64,000 nt of DNA from Thermoanaerobaculia bacterium (GTDB lineage Bacteria > Acidobacteriota > Thermoanaerobaculia > Gp7-AA8). The translations under genes and the position numbers were made by a program. Location: positions 63 to 64,062 of the forward strand of contig DASPNA010000155.1 in the NCBI GenBank assembly GCA_035626775.1, in the 5' to 3' direction. This document shows, in pieces, positions 53,698-62,514 of the stretch. Positions within the stretch are counted from its first letter, which is position 1. The number at the start of each line of letters is the position of its first letter. The notes under the pieces are model-generated. The model saw only the letters and a program-made list of their open reading frames with translations. It made no database searches and was not told the origin of the DNA.

Positions 53698-55338
53698 TCA
53701 ATTGGAGACGGCGGCGGGATGCGTGTACGGCACCAACCGTCCCTCATCCATCTTCAGCAGGCGGTCGGCGTCGCCGAAATACTTGTCGTCGTGCGTCACG
53801 GCCAGCACGGTCTTGCCGTGCTGCTTGAGCAGCGGAAGGATCTCTTTGTAGAACTTCCTGCGGAACGCGGGATCCTGATCGGCGGCCATCTCGTCGAAGA
53901 TGTAGATCGCGCGATCCTCGAGGATGCTGATCAGCAACGCCAGCCGCTTGCGTTGACCGGTGGAGAGCTCGAGGGTCTCGAACGCGGAATCGACGACGCG
54001 CGTCTTCCCGGTCATCTCGATCGATTCCAGCCGCCGATTCACTTCTTCGTCCGGCACGTCGAGCAACCCGTAGAGTCGATCGAAGAGATGAAAGTCCGTG
54101 AACACCGTCGAGAAGAGACTCTGATACGCCTCGTGCAACGCGGGACCGACCACTTCGCCATCGAGCTTCACGACGCCGTGCTGCGGGAAGTAGAGCATCG
54201 TGAAGAGCTTCAGGAACGTCGACTTCCCGCTGCCGTTGCCGCCTGCGATGAAGACGGTCTCCCCCGCGCGGATCGTGAAGTCGATCGGTCCGACACCGAA
54301 GGATGCGCCCGCCGCATCTTCGTAGCGGAACACGACACGCTCGAGTGAGATCTCGCGGAACTTCGTCAACGGCGGCACCGCCACGTTGCGCTTGTCGCGG
54401 GCGCTGAGCGATCGATCGAGTGCGGCGTCGAGACGATCGATGTTTTCGACGGACGCATTCGACGCGGCCATCGCCGGCACGATGCTGATCAGGCCCGACA
54501 ACGGTCCGGTGAGGAACAGCACCGCGGTCGCGATCTTCACGATCTCGTCGGTGTACGTGAGGCTGAAACGCGGCACGATGAACACGATCACGCCCATCAG
54601 CACGTAGAACGCAACCTGCGAAAGGATGAAGGTGGTGCTGACCTGCGCCATCGTGCGCGTGCGCAACCGCATCGAGGAATTGGAGATCTCGACGAAGTGC
54701 GCGAAGAGATCGTCGCTGCGCGCGCGGTTGAGGCGCACTTCCTTGAAGCCTTCGAGCATGTTCGTCAGCAGCTCGAACATCTGGTTCTCGCGCGTGAGCG
54801 ACTCATGCTGCTCGCGATTCACAGCCTCCGCGCGGCGCAGAAAAATCTTCGCGATGATGAAGGTGGTGATGGCGGTGAGCACGAACGCGAGCGGCGAGAG
54901 CACGGCCACGTAGATGCCGGTGAACGCGATGAGGATGCCGGCCTGCAGGCCAACGATCACGGCCAGCGCCGCCTGCGAAATCGAGGCGGTCTCTTTGGTG
55001 ATGCCTGCGTAGATGACGGTCTTGCCGAGGTATTCGATGGGGCCGAGGTCGCAGCGGCGGACTTTGTCGCCGAGACGCGTGCGGAGGCGGTCGAGGATCG
55101 TTTCGACTTCGCGCGTGGCCATGGACATGAACGTGCGCAGGCTGAAGAAATACGTCGCGATCACCGCGAGGAAGGCAAGCATCAGCATTTTGCTTTGCTC
55201 GTGATGCGCGGCGCTGGCGGCGCCGGCGTTGATGACGGCCAGCACGAGCGCGGTGCTGAGGCCCGAGACCGCGGCGAGGATGATCAGCTTGCGCAGCGAG
55301 ACGTCGGACTCGCGGCGCAGGAGCTCGATGAGTTTCAT
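53698..55338 (-). CDS. cyclic-peptide export ABC transporter, fused TMD-NBD (SyrD/PvdE type), 546 aa
   Basis: N-terminal MKLIELLRRES... followed by ~6 hydrophobic helices. Walker A GGNGSGKST, signature LSTGQRKRLAL, Walker B IYIFDEMAADQD, H-loop LAVTHDD. It lies 97 bp upstream of, and co-oriented with, NRPS gene 1. Confidence 0.88.
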   Translation of the reverse strand: MKLIELLRRESDVSLRKLIILAAVSGLSTALVLAVINAGAASAAHHEQSKMLMLAFLAVIATYFFSLRTFMSMATREVETILDRLRTRLGDKVRRCDLGPIEYLGKTVIYAGITKETASISQAALAVIVGLQAGILIAFTGIYVAVLSPLAFVLTAITTFIIAKIFLRRAEAVNREQHESLTRENQMFELLTNMLEGFKEVRLNRARSDDLFAHFVEISNSSMRLRTRTMAQVSTTFILSQVAFYVLMGVIVFIVPRFSLTYTDEIVKIATAVLFLTGPLSGLISIVPAMAASNASVENIDRLDAALDRSLSARDKRNVAVPPLTKFREISLERVVFRYEDAAGASFGVGPIDFTIRAGETVFIAGGNGSGKSTFLKLFTMLYFPQHGVVKLDGEVVGPALHEAYQSLFSTVFTDFHLFDRLYGLLDVPDEEVNRRLESIEMTGKTRVVDSAFETLELSTGQRKRLALLISILEDRAIYIFDEMAADQDPAFRRKFYKEILPLLKQHGKTVLAVTHDDKYFGDADRLLKMDEGRLVPYTHPAAVSN

Positions 55339-55371
55339 TCTTGCCGGAAAGATTAACCCAACCGCGCGCCC

Positions 55372-55479
55372 GGGTACCTCGGAGTACCTCGGGTACCTCG
55401 GAGTTCCTCGGAGGAGATTGGGATTCGGCGGCTCAATCCCTCCGAGGAACTCCGAGGTACCCGAGGAACCCGAGGGACT
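55372..55479. repeat. Family D palindromic element, intergenic (MBL to ABC spacer)
   Basis: GGGTACCTCGGAGTACCTCGGGTACCTCGGAGTTCCTCGGAGG-(central GGGATT...AATCCC hairpin)-CCTCCGAGGAACTCCGAGGTACCCGAGGAACCCGAGGGACT. Confidence 0.85.
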
Positions 55480-55484
55480 CCGTT

Positions 55485-56642
55485 CTACGCCAGTTGCACC
55501 TGAACCCCGTACCCGTCTGTCTCGCGATACTCCACCTTGTAGCTCCGCGTCTTCAGGTCCGCTTGGAAGAACTTCGCCACTTCGTCGCCCACAGCCGGAT
55601 CGTTGAAGTCGCTCGGCGCGTACGTGATCCAGATCGTGAAGTCGTCGTCCGTGCGCGACTTCGAGATCATCTCCAGCGTCGGCACGTCGGGGTTCGTGTA
55701 CTTGCCATCGGCGGAGATCACGTAGTGCTTCGCGCGGATATTGTCGAAGTAATCCTGCTTCACGTTGCGATCGCTGCCGTGATGCGGGAGCTTGAGCAGA
55801 TCGACTTCGAGCGGCTTGCCGTCATCCTTCAATAGTCCGGCTTTGCGCAACGCGGCGAGCGTGAAGTCGCCGCGCGCGTCGCCGGTGAGCAGCATGCTCT
55901 TGCCCTCCGCCTTCGCCAGCACGACGATCGACGAGAGGTTGTACACGGACTTGTCGACGTAATCCGCGAGCTCCGCCTCCGCCGACTTGCTCGCCGCCGC
56001 CTTCGCCAGCAGCTCCTGCACCTTCTTGTCCCAGTCCTTCTGCAGCGCAGCGAGGTTCTTCTCGTCCGGCCCGAGCACCGTCAGCTCGAGACCATCGAAG
56101 TCGATCGCATCATGCGGCTCTTTCACGATGCCGCCGAACGGCGGGTTCCCTTCCAGTCCGAAGAACTTCACGAGGTCGCGTAGCTCGCGCCCCTGCCCCA
56201 CGCTGGCCAGCATGTTCGAGCCGTCGAAGTGCGGGAAATCGGCGCCCGCGATCGACGCAGTCTGCAACGCCGTGTTCGCAGGCGCCGGCGCCGCGTTCGT
56301 GCCTCCCGTGAGATCGTCGAACGCGTTGTGCCAGAAGCGCGAGATCTTCCACGGCAACGGTTTCTTCGCCTGGCGCTGATCGCGCAGTTTGCGCATGAGG
56401 TCGAGAATGCCGGTGATGTGATCGGCGTCGAGATGGCTGACCATCATCAGGTCGATCTCGAGCGCGTCGTTCGCGCCGAGGCCGCGCTCATCGCGGATTT
56501 CCATGAGGCGCGGCCGCACGGCATCGGCGTACACGCCGCCGGGACCCGCATCGATCACCGCCAGCCGCGGCTGGGCCTCCGTGCCGTAGTGCAGCAACAA
56601 CGCATCGCCATGCTTCGCGCGCAACGCTTCGAGGATGAACAT
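55485..56642 (-). CDS. MBL-fold metallo-hydrolase (ComEC/Rec2-like MBL architecture), 385 aa, no signal peptide
   Basis: MFILEALRAKHGDALLLHYG...VIDAGP, MMVSHLDADHITG (HxDxDH variant of HxHxDH), LLTGDARGD, LKLPHHGSDRN, VISADG. Confidence 0.75.
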   Translation of the reverse strand: MFILEALRAKHGDALLLHYGTEAQPRLAVIDAGPGGVYADAVRPRLMEIRDERGLGANDALEIDLMMVSHLDADHITGILDLMRKLRDQRQAKKPLPWKISRFWHNAFDDLTGGTNAAPAPANTALQTASIAGADFPHFDGSNMLASVGQGRELRDLVKFFGLEGNPPFGGIVKEPHDAIDFDGLELTVLGPDEKNLAALQKDWDKKVQELLAKAAASKSAEAELADYVDKSVYNLSSIVVLAKAEGKSMLLTGDARGDFTLAALRKAGLLKDDGKPLEVDLLKLPHHGSDRNVKQDYFDNIRAKHYVISADGKYTNPDVPTLEMISKSRTDDDFTIWITYAPSDFNDPAVGDEVAKFFQADLKTRSYKVEYRETDGYGVQVQLA

Positions 56643-56670
56643 CGATGTCTCCTCTTCTTCGATGAGCTAA

Positions 56671-56771
56671 CCCTCATCCGCCCTTCGGGCACCTTCTCCC
56701 CTCGTGGAGGGGAGAAGGCTACACAAGGCCCCGCGCCTGGGGGAGAGGGCTACCAAAGGCCGGGTGAGGGG
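56671..56771. repeat. B/C composite element, intergenic (S8 to MBL spacer)
   Basis: CCCTCATCCGCCCTTCGGGCACCTTCTCCCCTCGTGGAGGGGAGAAGG...CCCCGCGCCTGGGGGAGAGGGCTACCAAAGGCCGGGTGAGGGG. Confidence 0.85.
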
Positions 56772-56801
56772 CGGATTCGTGCTGGCTCATGGCCCTTCCA
56801 G

Positions 56802-58757
56802 TCAGACGGACTGCAGCGCGCGCAGGATGTCGAGCATCCCCGCGCCCTGAAAATAGCGCTCGCGCCCGAGGTCGGTCGCGGAGTCGCGGAGGATCTGCTT
56901 GATGCGCATCGGCCGCCCGACCAGCTCGTCGTAGCGCGCCATCAGCAGCGCAGCGGCGCCGCTGACGTGCGGCGCGGCCATGCTCGTGCCGTCCTTGACG
57001 CCGTACGACGCGTTCGGCAGTGCGGACATGATTTTTTCGCCCGGCGCAACGAGATCGGGCTTGAGCCGTCCGTCGCCTGTCGGTCCGCGACTGGAGAAGT
57101 AGCTGACGCCGTACGTGTGCGGCCGCTCGCGATGCGTCGCTCCGACCGTGATGACCAGATCGGCGTTGCCGGGATCGGTGATGCTGATCGTGTTGTACGA
57201 CTCGTTGGTCACGCCTTCGATGGTCGTGCGGCGATAGCCCTGGTTGCCCGCCGCCACCACCACCACCACGCCCGACGACACCACGCGCTCCGCTTCTTCG
57301 CACACGGGCGTGCGGCCGCACGCGTAGTTGGCAACGTCATGCGGAATGGAGAGGCTCATGTTGACGCCGTGCACGGCCATGTAGTCGTTCGTGGAGTTCA
57401 ACCACCGCACGAACTGCAGCGCCGCCATCACCGTGAACTCATCTCCTCGGCCATCGTCATCGAGGATGCGCAGGTCGTAGAGATTGATGTCGGGACAGAC
57501 GCCATTGATGTTGCCTTCCTCGTCGTCGCTCTTCCAGTTGCCGCCGAGGATGCCGGCGACGTGCGTGCCGTGATCGAACTTCGGCGGCTTGTATGTGGCG
57601 TCGTGCGGGATCTTGAGCAGCGGCGCGATGATGCCCCAGTCGATCGACATGCCGGTCGACAGCGCATCCGACAAACGGTCGGTGTGTTTCTTCAGCTCAG
57701 CGCCGGTGACACTTTTACCTTCGACGAGCGAGTCGATGTTCTCGTCGGGATCGAGGAGCTGCTGGATCTTCGCGAAGTCGTAGGTCTGGCGCACGCGCGA
57801 GTCGTACGACGCGAACGGCACATCCGACTCGGCGGGCTGAGAGCCCGCCGCTCCAGATTTCTTCTTTGGCTTGTCGATGCGGAACGCGGGATGCGCCGCG
57901 TCGACACCGCTGTCGATGATCGCCCACGTGATTTCCTTGCACGAGATGCCGAAGACGCGTTCGGCCGCATCGGCCTTCACCGCTTTGCGCGAGCCGGCGA
58001 TGGTCGGCGTGGCCACACGATTGAGCGCGATCGAATGAATGAGCGGCGGGACGTCGCGCTCGTGGACGCCTGACATCAGCTCGCCTACTTCGTCGACGAG
58101 CACGCGCCAGTCCTCTTCACCGGCGCGCGCGGGTCCGCGTTCCTTGTCGAGGAACACGGGCGGCAACGTCTTGCCGCGATGCACGAGCGCGATTGCGCCG
58201 ACCACGCGGATCAACCACAGCACATCGGGCGGGACCTTCGGCAATCCAGCGTTCGATGTCGTGTGCTCCGGATCCACCACCGCCTTCGCCAGGTTCGCAC
58301 GCACCTCGGCTTTCTGCAGGTTGTCGAGCTCGAACTTGTCCGCGAGCTTCTTCCACCACTGCGTCATCGGGATGACGGCGCGCACGAGATCTTCGAAGTA
58401 GAGCGTCGCGGCGATGGTGGACTGGTTGTAGACGATGCGCAGTCGCGCGTTCGGATCGTGCGCGATGTTCCACGAGCCTTTCGCGCGCGTGATCGCGACG
58501 TGCTCGCGCAGGATCTGCTGCACCTCGCCGATGCGCGCCTCGCGGTACGGTGAGAGCAGCAGGTTCACGGCGGGACGCGGATCGGTCTCGCTGGTGCGGC
58601 GCGTGAGGCGTTGCGGGAAGTTGTTCGGATCGATGGCGTACTCGAGCCACACGTCGGGCAGCACCGGCGAGTCCTGCGTGAAGCGGCGCACGCGGCCGCT
58701 GCCGAACATCAGTTGATCGATCAGCCAGCGATCGAGATAGACCGGCTTGTCGGGCAT
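56802..58757 (-). CDS. S8 (subtilisin-like) serine peptidase, 651 aa, cytoplasmic (no signal peptide), with a ~240-aa N-terminal region of unknown function
   Basis: Catalytic motifs WAIIDSGVDAAHPAF (Asp, aa ~282), DHGTHVAGILGG (His), DGTSMAAPHVSGAAALL (Ser). The start is 3 nt after the patatin stop. Confidence 0.88.
   Translation of the reverse strand: MPDKPVYLDRWLIDQLMFGSGRVRRFTQDSPVLPDVWLEYAIDPNNFPQRLTRRTSETDPRPAVNLLLSPYREARIGEVQQILREHVAITRAKGSWNIAHDPNARLRIVYNQSTIAATLYFEDLVRAVIPMTQWWKKLADKFELDNLQKAEVRANLAKAVVDPEHTTSNAGLPKVPPDVLWLIRVVGAIALVHRGKTLPPVFLDKERGPARAGEEDWRVLVDEVGELMSGVHERDVPPLIHSIALNRVATPTIAGSRKAVKADAAERVFGISCKEITWAIIDSGVDAAHPAFRIDKPKKKSGAAGSQPAESDVPFASYDSRVRQTYDFAKIQQLLDPDENIDSLVEGKSVTGAELKKHTDRLSDALSTGMSIDWGIIAPLLKIPHDATYKPPKFDHGTHVAGILGGNWKSDDEEGNINGVCPDINLYDLRILDDDGRGDEFTVMAALQFVRWLNSTNDYMAVHGVNMSLSIPHDVANYACGRTPVCEEAERVVSSGVVVVVAAGNQGYRRTTIEGVTNESYNTISITDPGNADLVITVGATHRERPHTYGVSYFSSRGPTGDGRLKPDLVAPGEKIMSALPNASYGVKDGTSMAAPHVSGAAALLMARYDELVGRPMRIKQILRDSATDLGRERYFQGAGMLDILRALQSV
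57831..57856. repeat. Family E half element inside the S8 peptidase gene
   Basis: GGCGGGCTGAGAGCCCGCCGCTCCAG. Host peptide SGAAGSQPA, lying between the Asp and His motifs. Confidence 0.75.
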
Positions 58758-58760
58758 CGA

Positions 58761-59897
58761 TCAAACCCCGCCCGGGCACGGGAACGCGGTGGGCTTGAAG
58801 GCGCCCGTGTCGAAGTAGCTGCGGATCGCACGTTCGGCCATGCCGTAGCCGAAGTTGATGATGCGGTTCTGCGCGTCGTTGCTCAGCTCCGCGAGCCGCG
58901 TCGGCGTCTTCGCGAGCGCCATCGCGTTAGCATCCGTCATCGGCAGCGCGACCACCGGATACTCGGACGGCTTGGTCCACATGCCCCAGTACGTGCCGCT
59001 GTGCTCATCGTTCGGATCGACGAACGCGGAGACGACCTGGCGCTTGCGCAGGCTGCGCACCTGGTTGTCGATGGTGCCGTTGATGCGGATGGAGTGCTGC
59101 AGCCAGATCGAGCTCGGGTTTTCTTCCGGCTGATACTTGCCGCCGCCATCGCTGACGAGCACGCGCTTACAGCGCTTCCACGCGGTCTCAATGCCCATGT
59201 TGTCGTACACGCCGCCGTCGGTGAGCACGACCTTGGTCGTGAACGGCGGCTTGCCGCAGTTGTCGGTTTCAAGGCTCGACCACTGGCTGTGCTGAAACGT
59301 CAGCCGCGCCGGTGAGAGCACGGGCGGAAACGCCGACGATGCGGCCACTGCTTCAGCGACGCCGACGGCCGGATTTTTGATCATGCCGATGCGGTAGTCG
59401 GCGATGTACGGCTTGGAGAAACGGAAGAGCGATCCGGTCTGCACGTTCGTTGCGTTGATGACGAAGCGGGGGCGGTCGACGATGTCCTGTAGCGTCGCGT
59501 CGCCGAAGAGGATCTTGCGATAGCTCTTGATGATGCGGTCGCTGATGGTGGTGCCGGGCGTGAAGATTCCGCCAAGCACGCCACCGGCGTCGATGGTGGT
59601 GCTGGCCATCTTGCGCACCGGCACGACGATGATGTTGGCAAAATTCGTTGCCTTGCCGTTCGCGTCGAACTGCAGGTTTTTCCAACGCGTGGCGAGCACG
59701 CCCGCTGTGATGGAACCGCCGGAAACGCTCGACACGCGATCGAGCTTCGGCAGATAGCCGGCGTCGTTGAGATACCACAGCGTGCCGAGGTGGAAGAGCA
59801 TGGCGCGATAGCCGCCGCCGGAGAGGCAGAGCGCGAGCTGGTCCTCGAGCTTTCCATCGCCGACATCGCTGGTGAGAGGTAGATCGACGTTCGACAT
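58761..59897 (-). CDS. patatin-like phospholipase, 378 aa, no signal peptide
   Basis: Oxyanion motif LSGGGYRAMLFHLG, nucleophile motif SSVSGGSITAG, catalytic Asp motif LTDGGVYDNMG. Confidence 0.85.
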   Translation of the reverse strand: MSNVDLPLTSDVGDGKLEDQLALCLSGGGYRAMLFHLGTLWYLNDAGYLPKLDRVSSVSGGSITAGVLATRWKNLQFDANGKATNFANIIVVPVRKMASTTIDAGGVLGGIFTPGTTISDRIIKSYRKILFGDATLQDIVDRPRFVINATNVQTGSLFRFSKPYIADYRIGMIKNPAVGVAEAVAASSAFPPVLSPARLTFQHSQWSSLETDNCGKPPFTTKVVLTDGGVYDNMGIETAWKRCKRVLVSDGGGKYQPEENPSSIWLQHSIRINGTIDNQVRSLRKRQVVSAFVDPNDEHSGTYWGMWTKPSEYPVVALPMTDANAMALAKTPTRLAELSNDAQNRIINFGYGMAERAIRSYFDTGAFKPTAFPCPGGV

Positions 59898-60096
59898 GCG
59901 GGAGCCCCCTTGTCTTGTCGTAGTGATGTCCCGGCGGAAAACGTTACATCAACCCGCGCGCAGGCGGCGCGTTTTTGCGGACTTGGCCGCTCCGCCGCGG
60001 CCGCCGTCAGTCATCGAAACGCGTTCGCATTCAACCAGCCGTGCCGAAGGTCGTAGAGCCGCGGGCTCGCGATCTGCACGTGATCCGCATTGCGCT

Positions 60097-62514
60097 ATGA
60101 CGGGACGATCGACTCTCCGCGCTTCCTTTCTTCTCCTGCTGCTGCTCTCGTTCTCTTTCGTCGCATCTGCGCAAACCTGCGACGACCCGGCGCAACCCAC
60201 TGTCGGCATTACGGTCTCTACGCCCGATGCCTTTGGCAATGCCACCGCAACCCTTACCTACACGTATCCACCCTGGGTCACAGTGCGTTCATTGGCACTC
60301 TGGAGCGAAAACGCCCAAATTGCATACACCGAGCCGATTACTTCCTCCGGCTCCTGGCCCGTGAACGTCAGCGTCGCCTGCAAACGCGGTCCCTCGGTGG
60401 ACTTTCTGGCCATCGCTACGTCCTGCCGGAAATGGAATCAGGGGGGATATGTCGCATACGGTTCTGTGAATGTGGCGGTGTCGAGCAAACCGACGCTCAG
60501 CATGAACGTCAGCGGTCCTGATACCGCCGGTATCGTCAATGCGACGCTCACGTACAACTTCCCGAACACCCCGTCCGCCTTCCTGCGTCCCCTGGCATTG
60601 TGGATCGACGGCGTGCAGCATGCGTACAACGAGGCCCAGCAGCAATCCGGAACGTGGCCCGTGACGATCAATACGAACTGCTGGTTCCCGAAGACATACA
60701 CGTTTGTCGGATACGCGACGGCATGCAGAGTGTGGAACGATCCGGATTACCTGACCTCACAGACCGCCGCAGTCCAGATCGGCGCACCTCCGACAGTCGA
60801 CGTGGCGATCTCGGGCCCGAACGCGAACGGCCAGACCGACGCGAGCGTGACCTATAACTTCCCCAATACCGATGGCCCGTCCCGGCGGCACATCACGATC
60901 TGGCTGGACGGCCAACAGATCGCTGTTTACCAGCCCGGCACCATCAGTGGAACGCTGCCGCCGCATCCCCTGCCCACATGCCTCGCGTCCGGCTCGCACA
61001 CCGTCAACGTCTATGCCACCGTCTGTCAGCGCTGGAATGAGAACGGATACTCGGCGACGGACTCGGCAACGTTCACGACGACGAAGCCGCACGTGTCGCT
61101 ATCGCTGCGCAAACTCGGCCTCGATGCGGCAACCGGCCGCCGCATCATCGAAGTCACCTCCGCATATCAAGCCAACCAGCCGAGCGCGATTCTGCGAGTC
61201 GATCTCCTCAAGTGGGTCGATGCGAAAAAACAGAGTTACAACGGAGGCAACCTCCGGACCATCAGCCTCAATCCGACCACGGACACGGACGTGTTCACGT
61301 TCCTCGCTCCCTCCGGTGCCCGGCAGCTGGCGCTTCGCGCACAGCTCGAAGGGTGTGAAGTGGTCACCGACCCTGCCGCCATCGAGTGCGACGACTGTGA
61401 CGGCAACGCGTCCGGGAATCCCGTCTATTACAGCGATGGCAACATGAGACTGGCCGACTTCGATCCGCTGCCGCGCATCGGCGAATGGTCCCTGACCCGC
61501 ACCTACGACAGTGACGAGCAGGTCGGCGGCCTCTTCGGACGCGGCTGGACCGCTCTGCTCGACCAACGCGTCATCGTCCAGGACGGCTATCTGACGGTGA
61601 CCACCGAATCCAATGAGGCGGTCATCTTTACGAAGATCGGCAGCATCTACCGCCAGAGTTGGCCTTCCAATAAGGGGCCGTCCGGCACGATGGTGCATGA
61701 TCCGGCCACCGCGACCTACACCTACCGCGCCGCCGGTTCCACAGTGGACGCCGTCTTCAATGATGCGACAGGCTCGATCATGAAGTGGCGTAACCGCGCT
61801 ACGAATGCCGAGGCCGTCGTCACATACGACGCGTCAGGACGCCCCGCGACATTCACCGACTCGGTCACCGGCACGACCTGGAATCTCACGCTCAACGCCG
61901 CGCGCCGTGTCACTTCCATTGCCGTGGCGGGTCATCCGTCCCTGGTCTGGACCTACGACTATGACGGCAGCGAGAATCTCATCGCGGTGCTCGCTCCGGG
62001 AAGCTCGACATGGCGCACGTACGAATACGCGTCGAACCGCATGACTGCGTCCCGCGACGCGCTCGGCAACCTGATCGAAAGCCACACATACGACGCGAAC
62101 GGCTATGCCATTTCCTCGACCGGCAACATCGACGAGATCGCCGCGATCGCGTACGACCTGCCGGGATCGCAGCCGTCGGAGCGCATTACGCGCGTTACGT
62201 ACAGGAACGGCTCACAGGCCGATTACACGATGCGGCCGGTCGGCGGGGCCATGCGGACAGTGGGCATCAGCGGCGGCTGCGCCAGTTGCGGGGCGTCCGA
62301 GGCGACGTTCGTTCGCGATCAGCAGGGGCGTGTGGTGCGGTTGCAGGGAGCGGACGGCTACATCATCCGCTCGACGTACAACGAGGACCGCATCCTGATG
62401 GAAGAGCGCGCGCTCAAGCCCGCCGGCTGCAATCCGCCACGGACGCGCAGCGTTGCCGGATGGACACGGATGCTCTGGCCGCCGCGGCGCTCGAAACCAC
62501 CAGCGCGTCGCTGA
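60097..62514 (+). CDS. RHS/YD-repeat protein, N-terminal segment (signal peptide, 4 Cys-containing repeats, first YD repeats); the frame terminates after a frameshift
   Basis: ATG 60097: MTGRSTLRASFLLLLLLSFSFVASAQ (signal peptide). YD-type repeats VVTYDASGRPATFTD, WTYDYDGSENLIAV, SHTYDANGYAISS. From ~62437 the frame becomes Arg/Pro-rich nonsense and stops at 62514. The track ORF start at 59872 overlaps the patatin gene and is not used. Confidence 0.8.
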   Translation: MTGRSTLRASFLLLLLLSFSFVASAQTCDDPAQPTVGITVSTPDAFGNATATLTYTYPPWVTVRSLALWSENAQIAYTEPITSSGSWPVNVSVACKRGPSVDFLAIATSCRKWNQGGYVAYGSVNVAVSSKPTLSMNVSGPDTAGIVNATLTYNFPNTPSAFLRPLALWIDGVQHAYNEAQQQSGTWPVTINTNCWFPKTYTFVGYATACRVWNDPDYLTSQTAAVQIGAPPTVDVAISGPNANGQTDASVTYNFPNTDGPSRRHITIWLDGQQIAVYQPGTISGTLPPHPLPTCLASGSHTVNVYATVCQRWNENGYSATDSATFTTTKPHVSLSLRKLGLDAATGRRIIEVTSAYQANQPSAILRVDLLKWVDAKKQSYNGGNLRTISLNPTTDTDVFTFLAPSGARQLALRAQLEGCEVVTDPAAIECDDCDGNASGNPVYYSDGNMRLADFDPLPRIGEWSLTRTYDSDEQVGGLFGRGWTALLDQRVIVQDGYLTVTTESNEAVIFTKIGSIYRQSWPSNKGPSGTMVHDPATATYTYRAAGSTVDAVFNDATGSIMKWRNRATNAEAVVTYDASGRPATFTDSVTGTTWNLTLNAARRVTSIAVAGHPSLVWTYDYDGSENLIAVLAPGSSTWRTYEYASNRMTASRDALGNLIESHTYDANGYAISSTGNIDEIAAIAYDLPGSQPSERITRVTYRNGSQADYTMRPVGGAMRTVGISGGCASCGASEATFVRDQQGRVVRLQGADGYIIRSTYNEDRILMEERALKPAGCNPPRTRSVAGWTRMLWPPRRSKPPARR
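60199..61400 (+). repeat. four tandem ~98-100-aa protein repeats at the RHS N-terminus
   Basis: Units start at 60199 (TVGITVSTPD), 60493 (TLSMNVSGPD), 60793 (TVDVAISGPN) and 61090 (HVSLSLRKLG, divergent). Shared motifs: ATLTYxFPNT, LALWxDGxQxAY, SGTWPV, and two Cys per unit (..C....; ATxCxxWN). Confidence 0.8.

Noticed and set aside
59872-60096. Upstream 75 codons of the RHS track ORF (start at 59872)
   Set aside because: It overlaps the patatin start on the opposite strand and is Arg/Pro-rich. A canonical signal peptide begins at ATG 60097.
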